From contig CAVWGE010000001.1 in assembly GCA_963754385.1 (NCBI GenBank), forward strand, positions 328,575 to 392,574: DNA of 64,000 nucleotides. Reading direction: 5' to 3'. Source of the DNA: an uncultured Chloroflexia bacterium (GTDB taxonomy: Bacteria; Chloroflexota; Dehalococcoidia; GIF9; UBA5629). The notes below the pieces were generated by a model. That model was not told where the DNA came from and made no database searches. It was given only the letters and a program-made list of their open reading frames with translations. Positions 20,072-29,447 of this stretch are shown here, piece by piece (position 1 is the stretch's first letter; each line of letters begins with the position of its first letter). Position numbers and translations under genes: made by a program.

Positions 20072-21295
20072 CTAAAGCAAGATTCTTCTTAGCTCGAAAA
20101 GTGCCGATGTGACCGCTCTTTGCTTTACTTGTAATCGGTTGCCGGGATAGTTTCTGGCAAGACTTTGTCTGTGCTGTCCATCGTTGAGACCGACAAAGAT
20201 GGTACCCGCTGGTTTGCCCTCAATTTCCATGGGCCCCATAACTCCAGTGAGACCAACGCCGATAGATGTTCCCAGCTTTTCTCTGGTTATTGTTGCCATA
20301 GTCTCAGCTGCTTCGGCGCTAATGGTTCCATATCGAGATATAAGCTGCGGGTCGAAGCCAAAAGCTGTCCTGGACTCATCAGTGTAGGCAACTAGGCCTC
20401 CCCTAAAGTATTTCGAGCTTCCTGGAATATTTGTGATTACACTAGCTAGAAAACCACCGGTGTAAGACTCCATGGTGGCCAGAGTCAGTTCTTTTGCTGT
20501 GAGCAAGCTTCCAACAATGCTCTCGAGACTATCAGAATTCACCCCCCAGATGTAGTCATTAAAAATCGCCCTAATTTCAGCTTCACGTTTGGCAATAAGT
20601 TCTTTCGCTTTATTTTCAGTATCTGTCTTGGCTGTGATACGCAGGTAAATGCCATCAATTTTAGCGTATGTGGCCAAAGTCGGATTTGTAGCGGAAAGAA
20701 AAGGACCTGCTCGCTCGTCCACCTCGGCTTCGGTTAGGCCGAAAATCTTTAGTGTTTTGGAGATAATCACAGCGCTAGCCACTTTTTGTTTTAATTTGGG
20801 CAAAATTTCTTTTGTCCACATTCGCTGCATTTCGCGTGGTGGGCCAGGCATAGTTATAAGTGTTCGATTATCACGTTCTACCCACCAACCTGGCGCGGTG
20901 CCTTGAGGATTCTGGATAATTTTTGCCGAGGGAATTACTGCCGCTTGCTTTATATTGCTTGGCGGCATTTCTATCTTGTAATATCTGAATAACTCCTCGA
21001 ATTTCTGGACTAGAGTGTTATCAATCGTAAGCTTCTCACCGAGGAACTCCGCTATAGCTTCGCGAGTTATATCATCTTGAGTAGGACCTAAACCACCAGT
21101 AGTGATAATGATGTCAGACCTTTGCCAGGCTTGTTTCAGGGTCTCAATTAGCCTGTGCTGGTTGTCACCGACTGTGGATATGAAGTTAAGGTCGAGGCCG
21201 AGCAAAGGTAGTTGGCTGGCAAGATAAGCAGAGTTTGTGTTAGTTATCTCCCCTAAAAGGAGTTCGGTACCAATAGAAATTATTTCTGTCTTCAT
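20072..21295 (-). CDS. cinA: Competence/damage-inducible protein CinA (MocF-binding domain plus CinA C-terminal domain)
   Basis: Starts MKTEIISIGTELLLGEITNTNSAYLA and is 407 aa long. Confidence 0.9.
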   Translation of the reverse strand: MKTEIISIGTELLLGEITNTNSAYLASQLPLLGLDLNFISTVGDNQHRLIETLKQAWQRSDIIITTGGLGPTQDDITREAIAEFLGEKLTIDNTLVQKFEELFRYYKIEMPPSNIKQAAVIPSAKIIQNPQGTAPGWWVERDNRTLITMPGPPREMQRMWTKEILPKLKQKVASAVIISKTLKIFGLTEAEVDERAGPFLSATNPTLATYAKIDGIYLRITAKTDTENKAKELIAKREAEIRAIFNDYIWGVNSDSLESIVGSLLTAKELTLATMESYTGGFLASVITNIPGSSKYFRGGLVAYTDESRTAFGFDPQLISRYGTISAEAAETMATITREKLGTSIGVGLTGVMGPMEIEGKPAGTIFVGLNDGQHRQSLARNYPGNRLQVKQRAVTSALFELRRILL

Positions 21296-21315
21296 CTTGA
21301 GCCATACTCATGAAG

Positions 21316-22611
21316 TCAACATTTGATTGCCGAGATTCCCAGGTATTTCTCTACCAGTGCCATGGCACAAAATTTGCCGCACATACTACAAGTTTGCCCG
21401 GTAGTGGTATATTTATTGTGAACTAGCCGGACCTTTTCGGGGTCTAAAGACAACTCAGCCTGTGATTCCCAATCAAGGTTCTTTCTAGCAATAGACATTT
21501 TCCTGTCCCAGTCGCTTGCTCTTTTCGTGCCTCTAACAATGTCAGCAGCATGGGCGGCAATACGCGAAGCTATAACACCTATTTTTACATCTTCAATGTC
21601 TGGTAGCGAAAGATGTTCTGAAGGTGTAACATAACATAGAAAGTCAGCCCCTGAGGCGGCAGCAATAGCGCCGCCGATAGCGGCGGTGATATGGTCATAT
21701 CCGGCGGCAATGTCAGTTACCAGAGGGCCAAGGACATAAAATGGAGCTCCGTGGCAGAGGTTTTTTTCTAATTGAACGTTGGTAGCAATTTGATCCAGCG
21801 GTAGATGCCCTGGTCCCTCTACCATTGTTTGTACGCCAGCTTCTCTAGCTCGTTCCACCAGTTCACCGAGGGTAATCAGTTCCTCAACTTGAGCTCGGTC
21901 AGTTGCATCAGCTATGCTGCCTGGGCGCATGCCGTCTCCCAGGCTTAAAGTTACGTCAAATTTACGGGCTATATCTAATAAGCGGTCAAAGTATTCGTAC
22001 AGCGGGTTTTCACGGTCGTTGTGTAACATCCAACCGATAAGAAATGCGCCTCCTCGGGAAACGACATCGGTCAGTCTACGCTGGTGTTTTAGCCGTGCGA
22101 TAGCTGCTTGAGTAACGCCGCAATGAACAGTCATAAAATCTACGCCATCTTTAGCTTGCTGCTCAATAACAGCGAAGAGTTCATCCGTAGGCATGTTTAC
22201 TATTGCACCATGCCGTTCAATAGCTTCAATTCCTGCCTGATATATAGGCACAGTACCTATAGGTAAATTGCTAGCAGCGATGATAGCTTGACGGATGGCT
22301 GGGATGTCACCACCGGTACTCAAGTCCATAACCGTATCAGTGCCAAATTGGGCAGCAATTCGCAATTTCTCCAATTCACCGTTGAGATTGCCGTAATCTG
22401 ATGAAGTGCCGATATTAGCGTTGACTTTGACAGTGAGTCCCTTGCCAATGCCGCAGGGAACCAGATTGGTGTGATTCACATTGGACGGAATTACGATTTT
22501 GCCTTCAGTTGTATATTGCTGTACGACATCTTGGCTCACGTATTCCTGTTGAGCTACTTGCTTTATTTGGGGTGATATTACACCCTGTTTTGCTAATTCT
22601 AGCTGGGTCAT
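21316..22611 (-). CDS. thiC: Phosphomethylpyrimidine synthase ThiC
   Basis: A 431-aa protein with the C-terminal Fe-S motif CSMCGKFCA and typical ThiC core blocks. Confidence 0.95.
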   Translation of the reverse strand: MTQLELAKQGVISPQIKQVAQQEYVSQDVVQQYTTEGKIVIPSNVNHTNLVPCGIGKGLTVKVNANIGTSSDYGNLNGELEKLRIAAQFGTDTVMDLSTGGDIPAIRQAIIAASNLPIGTVPIYQAGIEAIERHGAIVNMPTDELFAVIEQQAKDGVDFMTVHCGVTQAAIARLKHQRRLTDVVSRGGAFLIGWMLHNDRENPLYEYFDRLLDIARKFDVTLSLGDGMRPGSIADATDRAQVEELITLGELVERAREAGVQTMVEGPGHLPLDQIATNVQLEKNLCHGAPFYVLGPLVTDIAAGYDHITAAIGGAIAAASGADFLCYVTPSEHLSLPDIEDVKIGVIASRIAAHAADIVRGTKRASDWDRKMSIARKNLDWESQAELSLDPEKVRLVHNKYTTTGQTCSMCGKFCAMALVEKYLGISAIKC

Positions 22612-22623
22612 CCTATCTCCTAA

Positions 22624-22668
22624 AGAAAAAAACCAAGAGCTTTAGTAACCACTACTAAACCCTTGGTC
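22624..22668 (-). terminator. Intrinsic terminator serving as the expression platform of the thiC TPP riboswitch
   Basis: On the minus strand an imperfect long hairpin (ACCAAGGGTTTAGTAGTGGTTACTAAAGCTCTTGGT) is followed by a TTTTTTT run. The RBS AGGAGA and the ATG follow the U-tract. Confidence 0.65.
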
Positions 22669-22675
22669 AAATTTA

Positions 22676-22773
22676 CCGCTTCCCTACGCTTGCATTACCA
22701 AGGTCAGGTTCTGACGGTTCTCCGCGATAGCAGAGTCTCAGCCTGGATTGTTTCCTCCGGGCACCCCCAGCGG
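22676..22773 (-). ncRNA. TPP (THI-box) riboswitch aptamer upstream of thiC
   Basis: Minus-strand sequence is CCGCUGGGGGUGCCCGGAGG...GCUGAGA...GAACCUGACC...GGUAAUGCAAGCGUAGGGAAGCGG. It contains the conserved GGGGUGCC, CUGAGA and ACCUGA blocks plus a closing P1 (CCGCU/AGCGG). Confidence 0.85.
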
Positions 22774-22849
22774 TTAACTAAAACCTCTATTCAATATAAC
22801 ATATAATAACACCAAGAAACAAGCAAGGCTTAATTGAATCTGTTACTTA

Positions 22850-24472
22850 TTATCTTATTGTCTTGTGCTTTCGCCAGGCTAGCATTCCTGCTGCCAATAT
22901 TGCGGCAATGACAAGTATCGGAATAGTTATTGACAGAATGAGGGCTTGATTCGACATAAGAATTAAGTCAAATTTCCGAACATCCGACCATTGACTTTCA
23001 TTGCCGATGTCATCCACAGCTTTCACTCTCCAGCTGTATAGGCCCTTGGTCGAGATGTCATTTTGGGACAAGGTATATTCTGAGTCTAGTAAATTTTCCT
23101 TCAGTAAAACCTGTGATGAAAAGTCGTCACCGCGGGCAATCTGTAAGGTATAGCTTACTTTGCCTTCGGCATTAGCATCTGACCAGTCAAAAGTGGCTAT
23201 AGGTGAGCCAAAACCCTGTTGTCTATAATCTTTGAACGTAATAATTCCGATCAGGCTTTTAGCGGGTACGAGAAATACATCCCCAACTGAGTTAAAGACT
23301 TCCAGCTTAGCTCCTTGCTGGGGAGATAATAGTGTTGGTGTGAGGGGTGCGATTTTCTCTGTAATAAACATAGCCTCAGCCGAATTACCAGCGCTTCCCA
23401 TAGCTTGCACTCTGTTGTTTTTTACTGTGCCTTGAGGAACCTCAAAGGCAGCACTAAAACTACCCGCATTGTCGGCAATGGCTTTTACATTGAGAGACTT
23501 ATCCTCAAAGTTTAAGGTAATTGCCTCATCACTAGCGAAGCCAGCCCCATTAACCGTTACCTTGGTTCCCTTGTTACCTGAAGTCGGCTGCAGCCCAATG
23601 TGTGGAACTACGTTGAAGTCGGTATCAGGAACAATTCCCTTCGGTGTAAAACTACTGCCGTAGACACCTATTGTGTGATAGCCTTTAGTGCAAGGCGGGA
23701 TATTTAATGTAGTATTCCAGCTACCATCCGTCCCCCCTACTAAATTGCACAGGATTATTTCACCATCCCAAGTTATGGTGATACCGTCTTCACCACTCCG
23801 AAAGCCAAATCCATCGATTGTAATTTCTGTGCCCACTGGCCCTGAGGTTGGTTCTACCTTTGCAAACGGAGCCACGATAAATCTGTGCTCACCAATTTCT
23901 GACGAATCAGTCGAATTGCTGAAAGCGCCGATAGAATATTCGCCCTTTTTCGTCTCCGGGACATCAAAATTGATGCTCCATGTACCGAGATTATTGGCAG
24001 TGGCAGAAGCGGGTAAGACAGTGCCGTCCCAGGTTATTCTAATGTCATTTTCGGAGGCAGCGAAGCCGTTCCCGATGACCGTAACTCTCGTATACGTTCG
24101 ACCAATGCGTGGGGAGGTTGTTATCCCTGGCAACACGGTAAATGTAGCCGATGCTGTGCTGGCAGTCCAATTGCTATCATCTGTAATTTTAATGATATGG
24201 TCGCCCCTGCAGGCAGGCGGGACTTTCAAATCGCACGTTAGCTCGCCTGTTTCAGATATAGGTATCTTGCTAAGCGCAATTTGGTCATCCCAGTGAATGG
24301 TAGCTAGGCGGCCAGAGAAGCCATTCCCATTTATCTGTATAGATGTGCCAACTGTACCGGAAGCAGGAACTACACTTATGTTGACAGCATAAACGGGAGC
24401 AGGAGACACTAGAAGTATCAGTGGAAGGGTGACAGCTAAAGCTAGTAATACAGATAGAACTTTGGAATGCAT
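22850..24472 (-). CDS. Secreted IPT/TIG-repeat cell-surface protein with a C-terminal TM anchor, paralog of 4234..5982
   Basis: Start at the ATG giving MHSKVLSVLLALAVTLPLILLVSPAPVYA (signal peptide). The ORF track extends to 24511. Tandem Ig-like repeats (G.G.VTVNGAGF...). The C-terminus YTLQIARGDDF..YSWRVKAVDDIGNESQWS is followed by a TM helix. Confidence 0.75.
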   Translation of the reverse strand: MHSKVLSVLLALAVTLPLILLVSPAPVYAVNISVVPASGTVGTSIQINGNGFSGRLATIHWDDQIALSKIPISETGELTCDLKVPPACRGDHIIKITDDSNWTASTASATFTVLPGITTSPRIGRTYTRVTVIGNGFAASENDIRITWDGTVLPASATANNLGTWSINFDVPETKKGEYSIGAFSNSTDSSEIGEHRFIVAPFAKVEPTSGPVGTEITIDGFGFRSGEDGITITWDGEIILCNLVGGTDGSWNTTLNIPPCTKGYHTIGVYGSSFTPKGIVPDTDFNVVPHIGLQPTSGNKGTKVTVNGAGFASDEAITLNFEDKSLNVKAIADNAGSFSAAFEVPQGTVKNNRVQAMGSAGNSAEAMFITEKIAPLTPTLLSPQQGAKLEVFNSVGDVFLVPAKSLIGIITFKDYRQQGFGSPIATFDWSDANAEGKVSYTLQIARGDDFSSQVLLKENLLDSEYTLSQNDISTKGLYSWRVKAVDDIGNESQWSDVRKFDLILMSNQALILSITIPILVIAAILAAGMLAWRKHKTIR

Positions 24473-24600
24473 TAATTCTGCCTTTTCTGAAGATTTTATC
24501 GCTGGAAGCATAGTTTATATTGCCCTGGAGAAAAAATCAAATCTAGCCTTGAAAGGTGGCATCTAATTGTTGGCTTGTCCAAATATGCGAAGTAACTGGC

Positions 24601-24630
24601 TTGACATGGTGAACATCATGTTGATAGACT
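24601..24630 (+). promoter_or_regulatory. Candidate sigma70 promoter for tRNA-Asp (TTGACA-N18-TAGACT)
   Basis: Reads cTTGACAtggtgaacatcatgttgaTAGACT, ending about 40 nt upstream of the tRNA. Confidence 0.4.
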
Positions 24631-24673
24631 TCTGCAGGCGTGGATTGTTTCGGCTGAGGGACTTCATTAGCGC

Positions 24674-24750
24674 GGCCCCGTGGTGTAGCGGACTAACATG
24701 CCACCCTGTCACGGTGGAGATCGTGGGTTCGAATCCCATCGGGGTCGCCA
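24674..24750 (+). tRNA. tRNA-Asp (anticodon GTC), CCA encoded
   Basis: Manual cloverleaf: acceptor GGCCCCG/CGGGGTC, D-arm GTGT/ACAT, anticodon stem CCACC/GGTGG with loop CTGTCAC, T-arm GTGGG-TTCGAAT-CCCAT, discriminator G, then CCA. Confidence 0.88.
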
Positions 24751-24883
24751 TTTATCGTTGAGTGGTTTCGGATACAGACTTCTATACAGCCAGTGGAGAG
24801 AAACATTTTTAGATCGATGGCTTAGGAAGAGGCCTTTTCTTCCACCCGAAGTTATGGTAGATGTTTAGCCTCTAATTTGGTTC

Positions 24884-26482
24884 TTAACCCAGATTTCGCA
24901 ATTCTGCTCTTAGCACCTTGCCCAAAAGGTTTTTGGGCAATGACTCCATAAATAGCACTTTTTTCGGTACCTTAAAGGTGGGCAGGTGTTTCTTACAAAA
25001 GGCGATTATTTCTTCCTCGCTGGCTTGTTCTCTTGGTTCAAGAACCACGAAAGCCTTTATCTCTTCTCCGTAAACCTTATCAGGTATGCCGATTATCCCT
25101 GCTTCGACAATCTTGGGATGTTGGCAAAGAATCTCCTCCACTTCTCTTGGTGATACGTTTTCTCCTCCCCTGATGATTAAATCTTTCTTGCGGTCGGTGA
25201 TGTAAACGTAGCCCTCTTCATCTATATAGCCTATATCGCCTGTGTAAAGCCAGCCGTCCTTCATGGTTTGGGCCGTATCCTCGGGCAGCTTCCAATAACC
25301 CTTCATTGCTGTAGGGCCTTTGACTACGATTTCGCCTTGCTGTCCTGGCGGAAGCTCGCGACTGTCATTGTCGAAGACTTTAATGGTATTGCATTTTAAT
25401 AAACACTTGCCTACAGAACCGTACTTAGGCGGGAGGTCAGCTGGCTGTCCTGTGGTAATAGCTCCTGACTCGGTTAGACCCCAGCCTTCCCTTATGTCGA
25501 CACCTGTCTTTTGTTTCCACCTCAGTGCTACCTCCACGGGAAGTGCCGCTCCCCCAGAATTGCAGTCTTCGAGTGAACTCAAATCGTACTCATCAAGGTC
25601 GGGGTAGTCCAGCATCTGGATATACATGGTGGGCACTGCTGCCATGTGAGTAACCCGGAATGCCTGGATGCTCTTCAGTGCTTCCTCAACATTCCACCAC
25701 TTGAGCACAATTGCCCTTCCACCTACAAAATAGCCTGTATTGCTGAACGCAATGCCATACGAGTGAGACAGGGGCAGCACTCCCATGCTAACCATAGTCC
25801 GGTTAACACCGGTAACGCATTGAGTTGCCTCGATTGGTTTAAGTGTTTTGGGGTCTATGGACTGGCTTGTTTGGCGTAGGGTCATTGGGCGGTGGATAAG
25901 GATATATTCATAGAATGACAAGGCATTGATGTAGAGGGAATAGTGGGTGTGCATTACCCCCTTAGGTTTTCCTGTGGTACCTGCGGTATATAATAGAGCG
26001 GCAACGTCGTCATTGTCTGTCTCTTCTATTACAAGGTCATCTGAGCTAGCTGACATAAGCTCACGATATGGGATGGTGCCAGGAGCGTCGTCTCGGTCGG
26101 TTAATAGGATGTGTTTTAAAGTTGGGACCTGGCTTTGTGCATCCTTAATCCAGTCCAGATAATCAGAACTGGTCAGGATAGCTTTTGCTCCACAGTCATG
26201 GTATATGTAGGAGGCTTGGTCAGGCCTCAGCAATGGGTTCAATGGCACGACTATACCACCTATCTTATATATGGCGGGGAAAGCCGAGAATACCGGTGGG
26301 CTATTGGGCATCTGTACTACTACTCGATCCCCTCTGCCGATGCCGAGTGCCTTGAGTGCATTGCCCAATCGATTAGCGTTGCGATTTGCCTCGGTATTGG
26401 TATACCATTTCCCCTCGAAGTGGACACTTTCGTATTCGCCGAACCTCTTGATGTTATCTTCGATGAGACTGCCGATGTTCAT
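24884..26482 (-). CDS. AMP-dependent synthetase/ligase (acyl-CoA synthetase family)
   Basis: A 532-aa protein with the AMP-binding motif YTAGTTGKPKGV and the C-terminal linker motif GEIVVKG. Confidence 0.9.
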   Translation of the reverse strand: MNIGSLIEDNIKRFGEYESVHFEGKWYTNTEANRNANRLGNALKALGIGRGDRVVVQMPNSPPVFSAFPAIYKIGGIVVPLNPLLRPDQASYIYHDCGAKAILTSSDYLDWIKDAQSQVPTLKHILLTDRDDAPGTIPYRELMSASSDDLVIEETDNDDVAALLYTAGTTGKPKGVMHTHYSLYINALSFYEYILIHRPMTLRQTSQSIDPKTLKPIEATQCVTGVNRTMVSMGVLPLSHSYGIAFSNTGYFVGGRAIVLKWWNVEEALKSIQAFRVTHMAAVPTMYIQMLDYPDLDEYDLSSLEDCNSGGAALPVEVALRWKQKTGVDIREGWGLTESGAITTGQPADLPPKYGSVGKCLLKCNTIKVFDNDSRELPPGQQGEIVVKGPTAMKGYWKLPEDTAQTMKDGWLYTGDIGYIDEEGYVYITDRKKDLIIRGGENVSPREVEEILCQHPKIVEAGIIGIPDKVYGEEIKAFVVLEPREQASEEEIIAFCKKHLPTFKVPKKVLFMESLPKNLLGKVLRAELRNLG

Positions 26483-26644
26483 GGTTCCACTTTCTACAAT
26501 TCCCGCATTTTTTAGCTGGGAATGAGGTTGTTTGCGGTTTTATTGCTTTGGAGATTGATAGTACACCTGTGGCTTTTAGACGTCAAGCGCATATCTTTAA
26601 TTATATTTTTTCATCGGCGAGTTTGTTTGTGTGGTGTCTAGAGT

Positions 26645-26673
26645 TTGACAGGATACGGGGCCTGTGGTAGATT
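26645..26673 (+). promoter_or_regulatory. Candidate sigma70 promoter (TTGACA-N17-TAGATT) for the HMGCS-like/thiolase/SDR module
   Basis: Reads agagtTTGACAggatacggggcctgtggTAGATTgcc, about 40 nt upstream of the ATG at 26715. Confidence 0.45.
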
Positions 26674-26714
26674 GCCTGTTGGCAAATAAACGCTGATTTC
26701 ACGAGGTTCAATTA

Positions 26715-28157
26715 ATGGTAGGTATCAAATCATACGGAGCTTATATCCCGCGATATCGAATGAACCACAATACTATCTTCTTGGCTGTTGGATTTTTGGG
26801 TACATTTCCTGCACCTGGGGAGAATGCAATTGCAAACTATGATGAAGATACGCTTAGTATGGCAGTAGCTGCTGGTATTGACTGCTTGAGTGGTATGAAA
26901 CGGGAAAAGGTGGACGGCTTATATCTTGCAACTACCAGTCAGCCTTACATGCTGCGACAAAATTCTGCCATTGTAGCTACGGCTCTCGACCTACAGCCTG
27001 GCATAAGAACAGCTGACTTTACTGGCTCTGCAAAAGCGGGGACTAGTGCTTTACTCTCTGCTTTTGATGCCGTAAAGGGTGAAACATCCAGCAGTGTCCT
27101 GGTCTGTACTTCCGACTGCCGGTTAAGCAAGCCAGGTAGTTCTCAGGAACCTTTGTATGGTGATGGTGCAGCAGCTCTCCTTGTAGGAAGTGATGATGTG
27201 ATTGCTACCTTTGAAGGTTCTTATTCTGTGTCATATGATTTTCCCGACCGCTGGAGAGCAGCAGGAGAGAAATTTGAGCGTGCCTGGGAGGACAGGTTCA
27301 TTCGTGATGAGGGCTATGCAAGAGTAATTCCTGAGATAATCTCAGGGCTGTTGAAGAAATATAATCTGAACATCAATGACTTTGCTAAAATAGCGTACCC
27401 AGGCCTTTATGCCAGGGAACATGGTGCGATAGCAAAGCGTCTGGGTGTCGAGCCAAGTCGGATTCAAGATACCTTGCTTGATAAAATAGGTGATACCGGT
27501 TCGGCTTCGCCTTTAATGATGCTGGCAGCAGCGCTTGAAGATGCTAAGCCAGGAGACAAGATTCTGGTTGCCAGCTTCGGGAATGGCGGCGATGCTCTGT
27601 TTTTTCAAGTGACTGAGAAGATAAAGGGGTTGGCAGATAGGCGAGGAGTCAAGAAAAATCTAGCGTCGAAGAAGGAACTTTCTAGCTATGAGAAATATCT
27701 TGCTTTCCGAAATCTAGCACCAATGGACTTAGGTATGCGTGGCGAGGAAAGCGTTCGTACTCCGATGTCCACTCTGTTCAGGGAACGCAAGTCGATTTTA
27801 TCGCTTTGCGGTTCGAAATGTAAACGCTGTGGCACTCCTCAGTACCCTGCTCAGAGAGTATGTGTGAACCCGGATTGTGGAGCTGTTGATGAGATGGAAA
27901 GTTATCGCTTCTCAGACAAGAATGGTGTTCTATTCACCTATACTGGTGATAACCTTGCCGCTAGTATCGACCCGCCGGCAATCTATGGCATTATAGATTT
28001 TGAAGGTGGCGGTAGATTTTGGTTTGACCTCACTGATTGTGACCTTGACTCGGTTAAGGTGGGCATGCCGGTGCAGATGACATTCCGTAGGAGATATGTT
28101 GATGAGGCCAGTGGAGTTTATGGTTACTCTTGGAAGGCAACACCGATACGTGCCTGA
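26715..28157 (+). CDS. Fusion protein with an N-terminal HMG-CoA synthase-like (thiolase-superfamily) domain and a C-terminal DUF35 Zn-ribbon/OB-fold domain. The HMGCS-like domain appears non-catalytic.
   Basis: The N-terminus MVGIKSYGAYIPRYR is the archaeal-HMGCS hallmark. The C-terminal ~130 aa carry CGSKCKRCG...CVNPDCG (a rubredoxin-like zinc ribbon) plus the DUF35 OB-fold. Aligned from memory to S. aureus MvaS, Glu79 is Thr (ATTS versus ATES) and Cys111 is Ala (GSAKAGT versus EACYAAT). Confidence 0.8.
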   Translation: MVGIKSYGAYIPRYRMNHNTIFLAVGFLGTFPAPGENAIANYDEDTLSMAVAAGIDCLSGMKREKVDGLYLATTSQPYMLRQNSAIVATALDLQPGIRTADFTGSAKAGTSALLSAFDAVKGETSSSVLVCTSDCRLSKPGSSQEPLYGDGAAALLVGSDDVIATFEGSYSVSYDFPDRWRAAGEKFERAWEDRFIRDEGYARVIPEIISGLLKKYNLNINDFAKIAYPGLYAREHGAIAKRLGVEPSRIQDTLLDKIGDTGSASPLMMLAAALEDAKPGDKILVASFGNGGDALFFQVTEKIKGLADRRGVKKNLASKKELSSYEKYLAFRNLAPMDLGMRGEESVRTPMSTLFRERKSILSLCGSKCKRCGTPQYPAQRVCVNPDCGAVDEMESYRFSDKNGVLFTYTGDNLAASIDPPAIYGIIDFEGGGRFWFDLTDCDLDSVKVGMPVQMTFRRRYVDEASGVYGYSWKATPIRA

Positions 28158-28187
28158 AGCAAACGAATAAATACGGAAGAGATAGAA

Positions 28188-29390
28188 ATGGCAGAAGGTA
28201 TAAAAGACAAGGTGGCTATCATAGGCATGGGCTGCACGAAGTTTGGCGAGTTGTGGGATAAGGGTGCTGAGGACCTGATGGTCGATGCATTCAAAGAATG
28301 CATCGAGGATGCCGGCGTAGAAAAGAAGGATATTCAGGCTGCCTGGTTTGGTATACATTTTGAAGAGCAGAGTGTAGGAAAGGGAGCTACACCTTTGGCA
28401 TTGACGCTGAAGTTGCCTTTTATCCCGGTAACTAGGGTAGAAAACTTTTGTGCTACCGGTACAGAAGCCTTGAGAGGAGCTTGTTATGCTGTGGCTTCTG
28501 GGGCCTATAATATTGCTTTGGCTTTAGGCGTGGAAAAGCTTAAGGATACCGGGTATGGTGGTCTTCCTGGGTTTCGTAATCTGATGGGAGCCAAAAATGC
28601 GCTAATCATGCCCAAGTTGACTGCCCCGGGCTGTTTTGCCATGATGGCTACCAGATATTTTGCTGTCTATGGTTTGAGCCCGGATGAGGGCAAGAGGATG
28701 CTGGCCAAGGTATCAGTTAAAAGTCATCATAATGGTTCTTTGAATCCGAAGGCACACCTGCGCCGCGAGGTCACCGAAGAGCAAGTAATGAATGCCCCCA
28801 TCATTGCTTGGCCGCTTGGGCTTTTTGACTGCTGTGGGGTTAGTGATGGTTCTGCGGCAGCCATTGTTACCAGAGCTGACATGGCTAAAAATTTTAGACC
28901 TGACCCAGTTTACATCAAATCTTTACAGGTTGCTCTAAGTTCGGGCGAGGAGTTGATGTACACGAATTGGGATGGTGCCCATGTTGAAACTGGGTATCGT
29001 GCTGGGGTCCTAGCTTATAATGAGGCAGGAATAAAGAACCCACGTAAAGAGGTAAGCATGGCTGAAATACACGATTGTTTCTCTATTACTGAAGCGGTAA
29101 CTATGGAGGATTTGCAGTTTAGCCCCAGAGGACGGGTTAAGGATGATATCGAGGCTGGTCGTTTTAACCTGGATGGTGAACAGCCTATTCAGCCAGATGG
29201 CGGATTGAAGTGTTTCGGGCATCCTATCGGTGCCTCTGGCCTGAGGATGATGTATGAGATGTATAAACAGCTGCAAGGTAAAGCTCAACAGCCGGAGCGA
29301 CAGTTGAAGAATCCTAAGATTGGGTTAACGCATAACATGGGTGGCTTCCCAGCCATGAACGTTGTTAGTGTTGCCATCGTAGGCCTGTGA
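28188..29390 (+). CDS. Thiolase, SCP-x/archaeal acetoacetyl-CoA thiolase-like
   Basis: A 400-aa protein starting VAIIGMGCTKFGE. The nucleophile Cys sits in ENFCATGTEAL and the C-terminal motif is GHPIGASGLRM. Confidence 0.9.
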   Translation: MAEGIKDKVAIIGMGCTKFGELWDKGAEDLMVDAFKECIEDAGVEKKDIQAAWFGIHFEEQSVGKGATPLALTLKLPFIPVTRVENFCATGTEALRGACYAVASGAYNIALALGVEKLKDTGYGGLPGFRNLMGAKNALIMPKLTAPGCFAMMATRYFAVYGLSPDEGKRMLAKVSVKSHHNGSLNPKAHLRREVTEEQVMNAPIIAWPLGLFDCCGVSDGSAAAIVTRADMAKNFRPDPVYIKSLQVALSSGEELMYTNWDGAHVETGYRAGVLAYNEAGIKNPRKEVSMAEIHDCFSITEAVTMEDLQFSPRGRVKDDIEAGRFNLDGEQPIQPDGGLKCFGHPIGASGLRMMYEMYKQLQGKAQQPERQLKNPKIGLTHNMGGFPAMNVVSVAIVGL

Positions 29391-29447
29391 TACAAATTTA
29401 ACGAAATGTTAATATGTAAATTAAGATAAAAAAGGAGAAGTCAAAAG

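Noticed and set aside
24563-24761. Two overlapping ORFs (minus 24563..24751, plus 24567..24761)
   Set aside because: Both are entirely explained by the tRNA-Asp gene and its flanks. No RBS and the composition is atypical.
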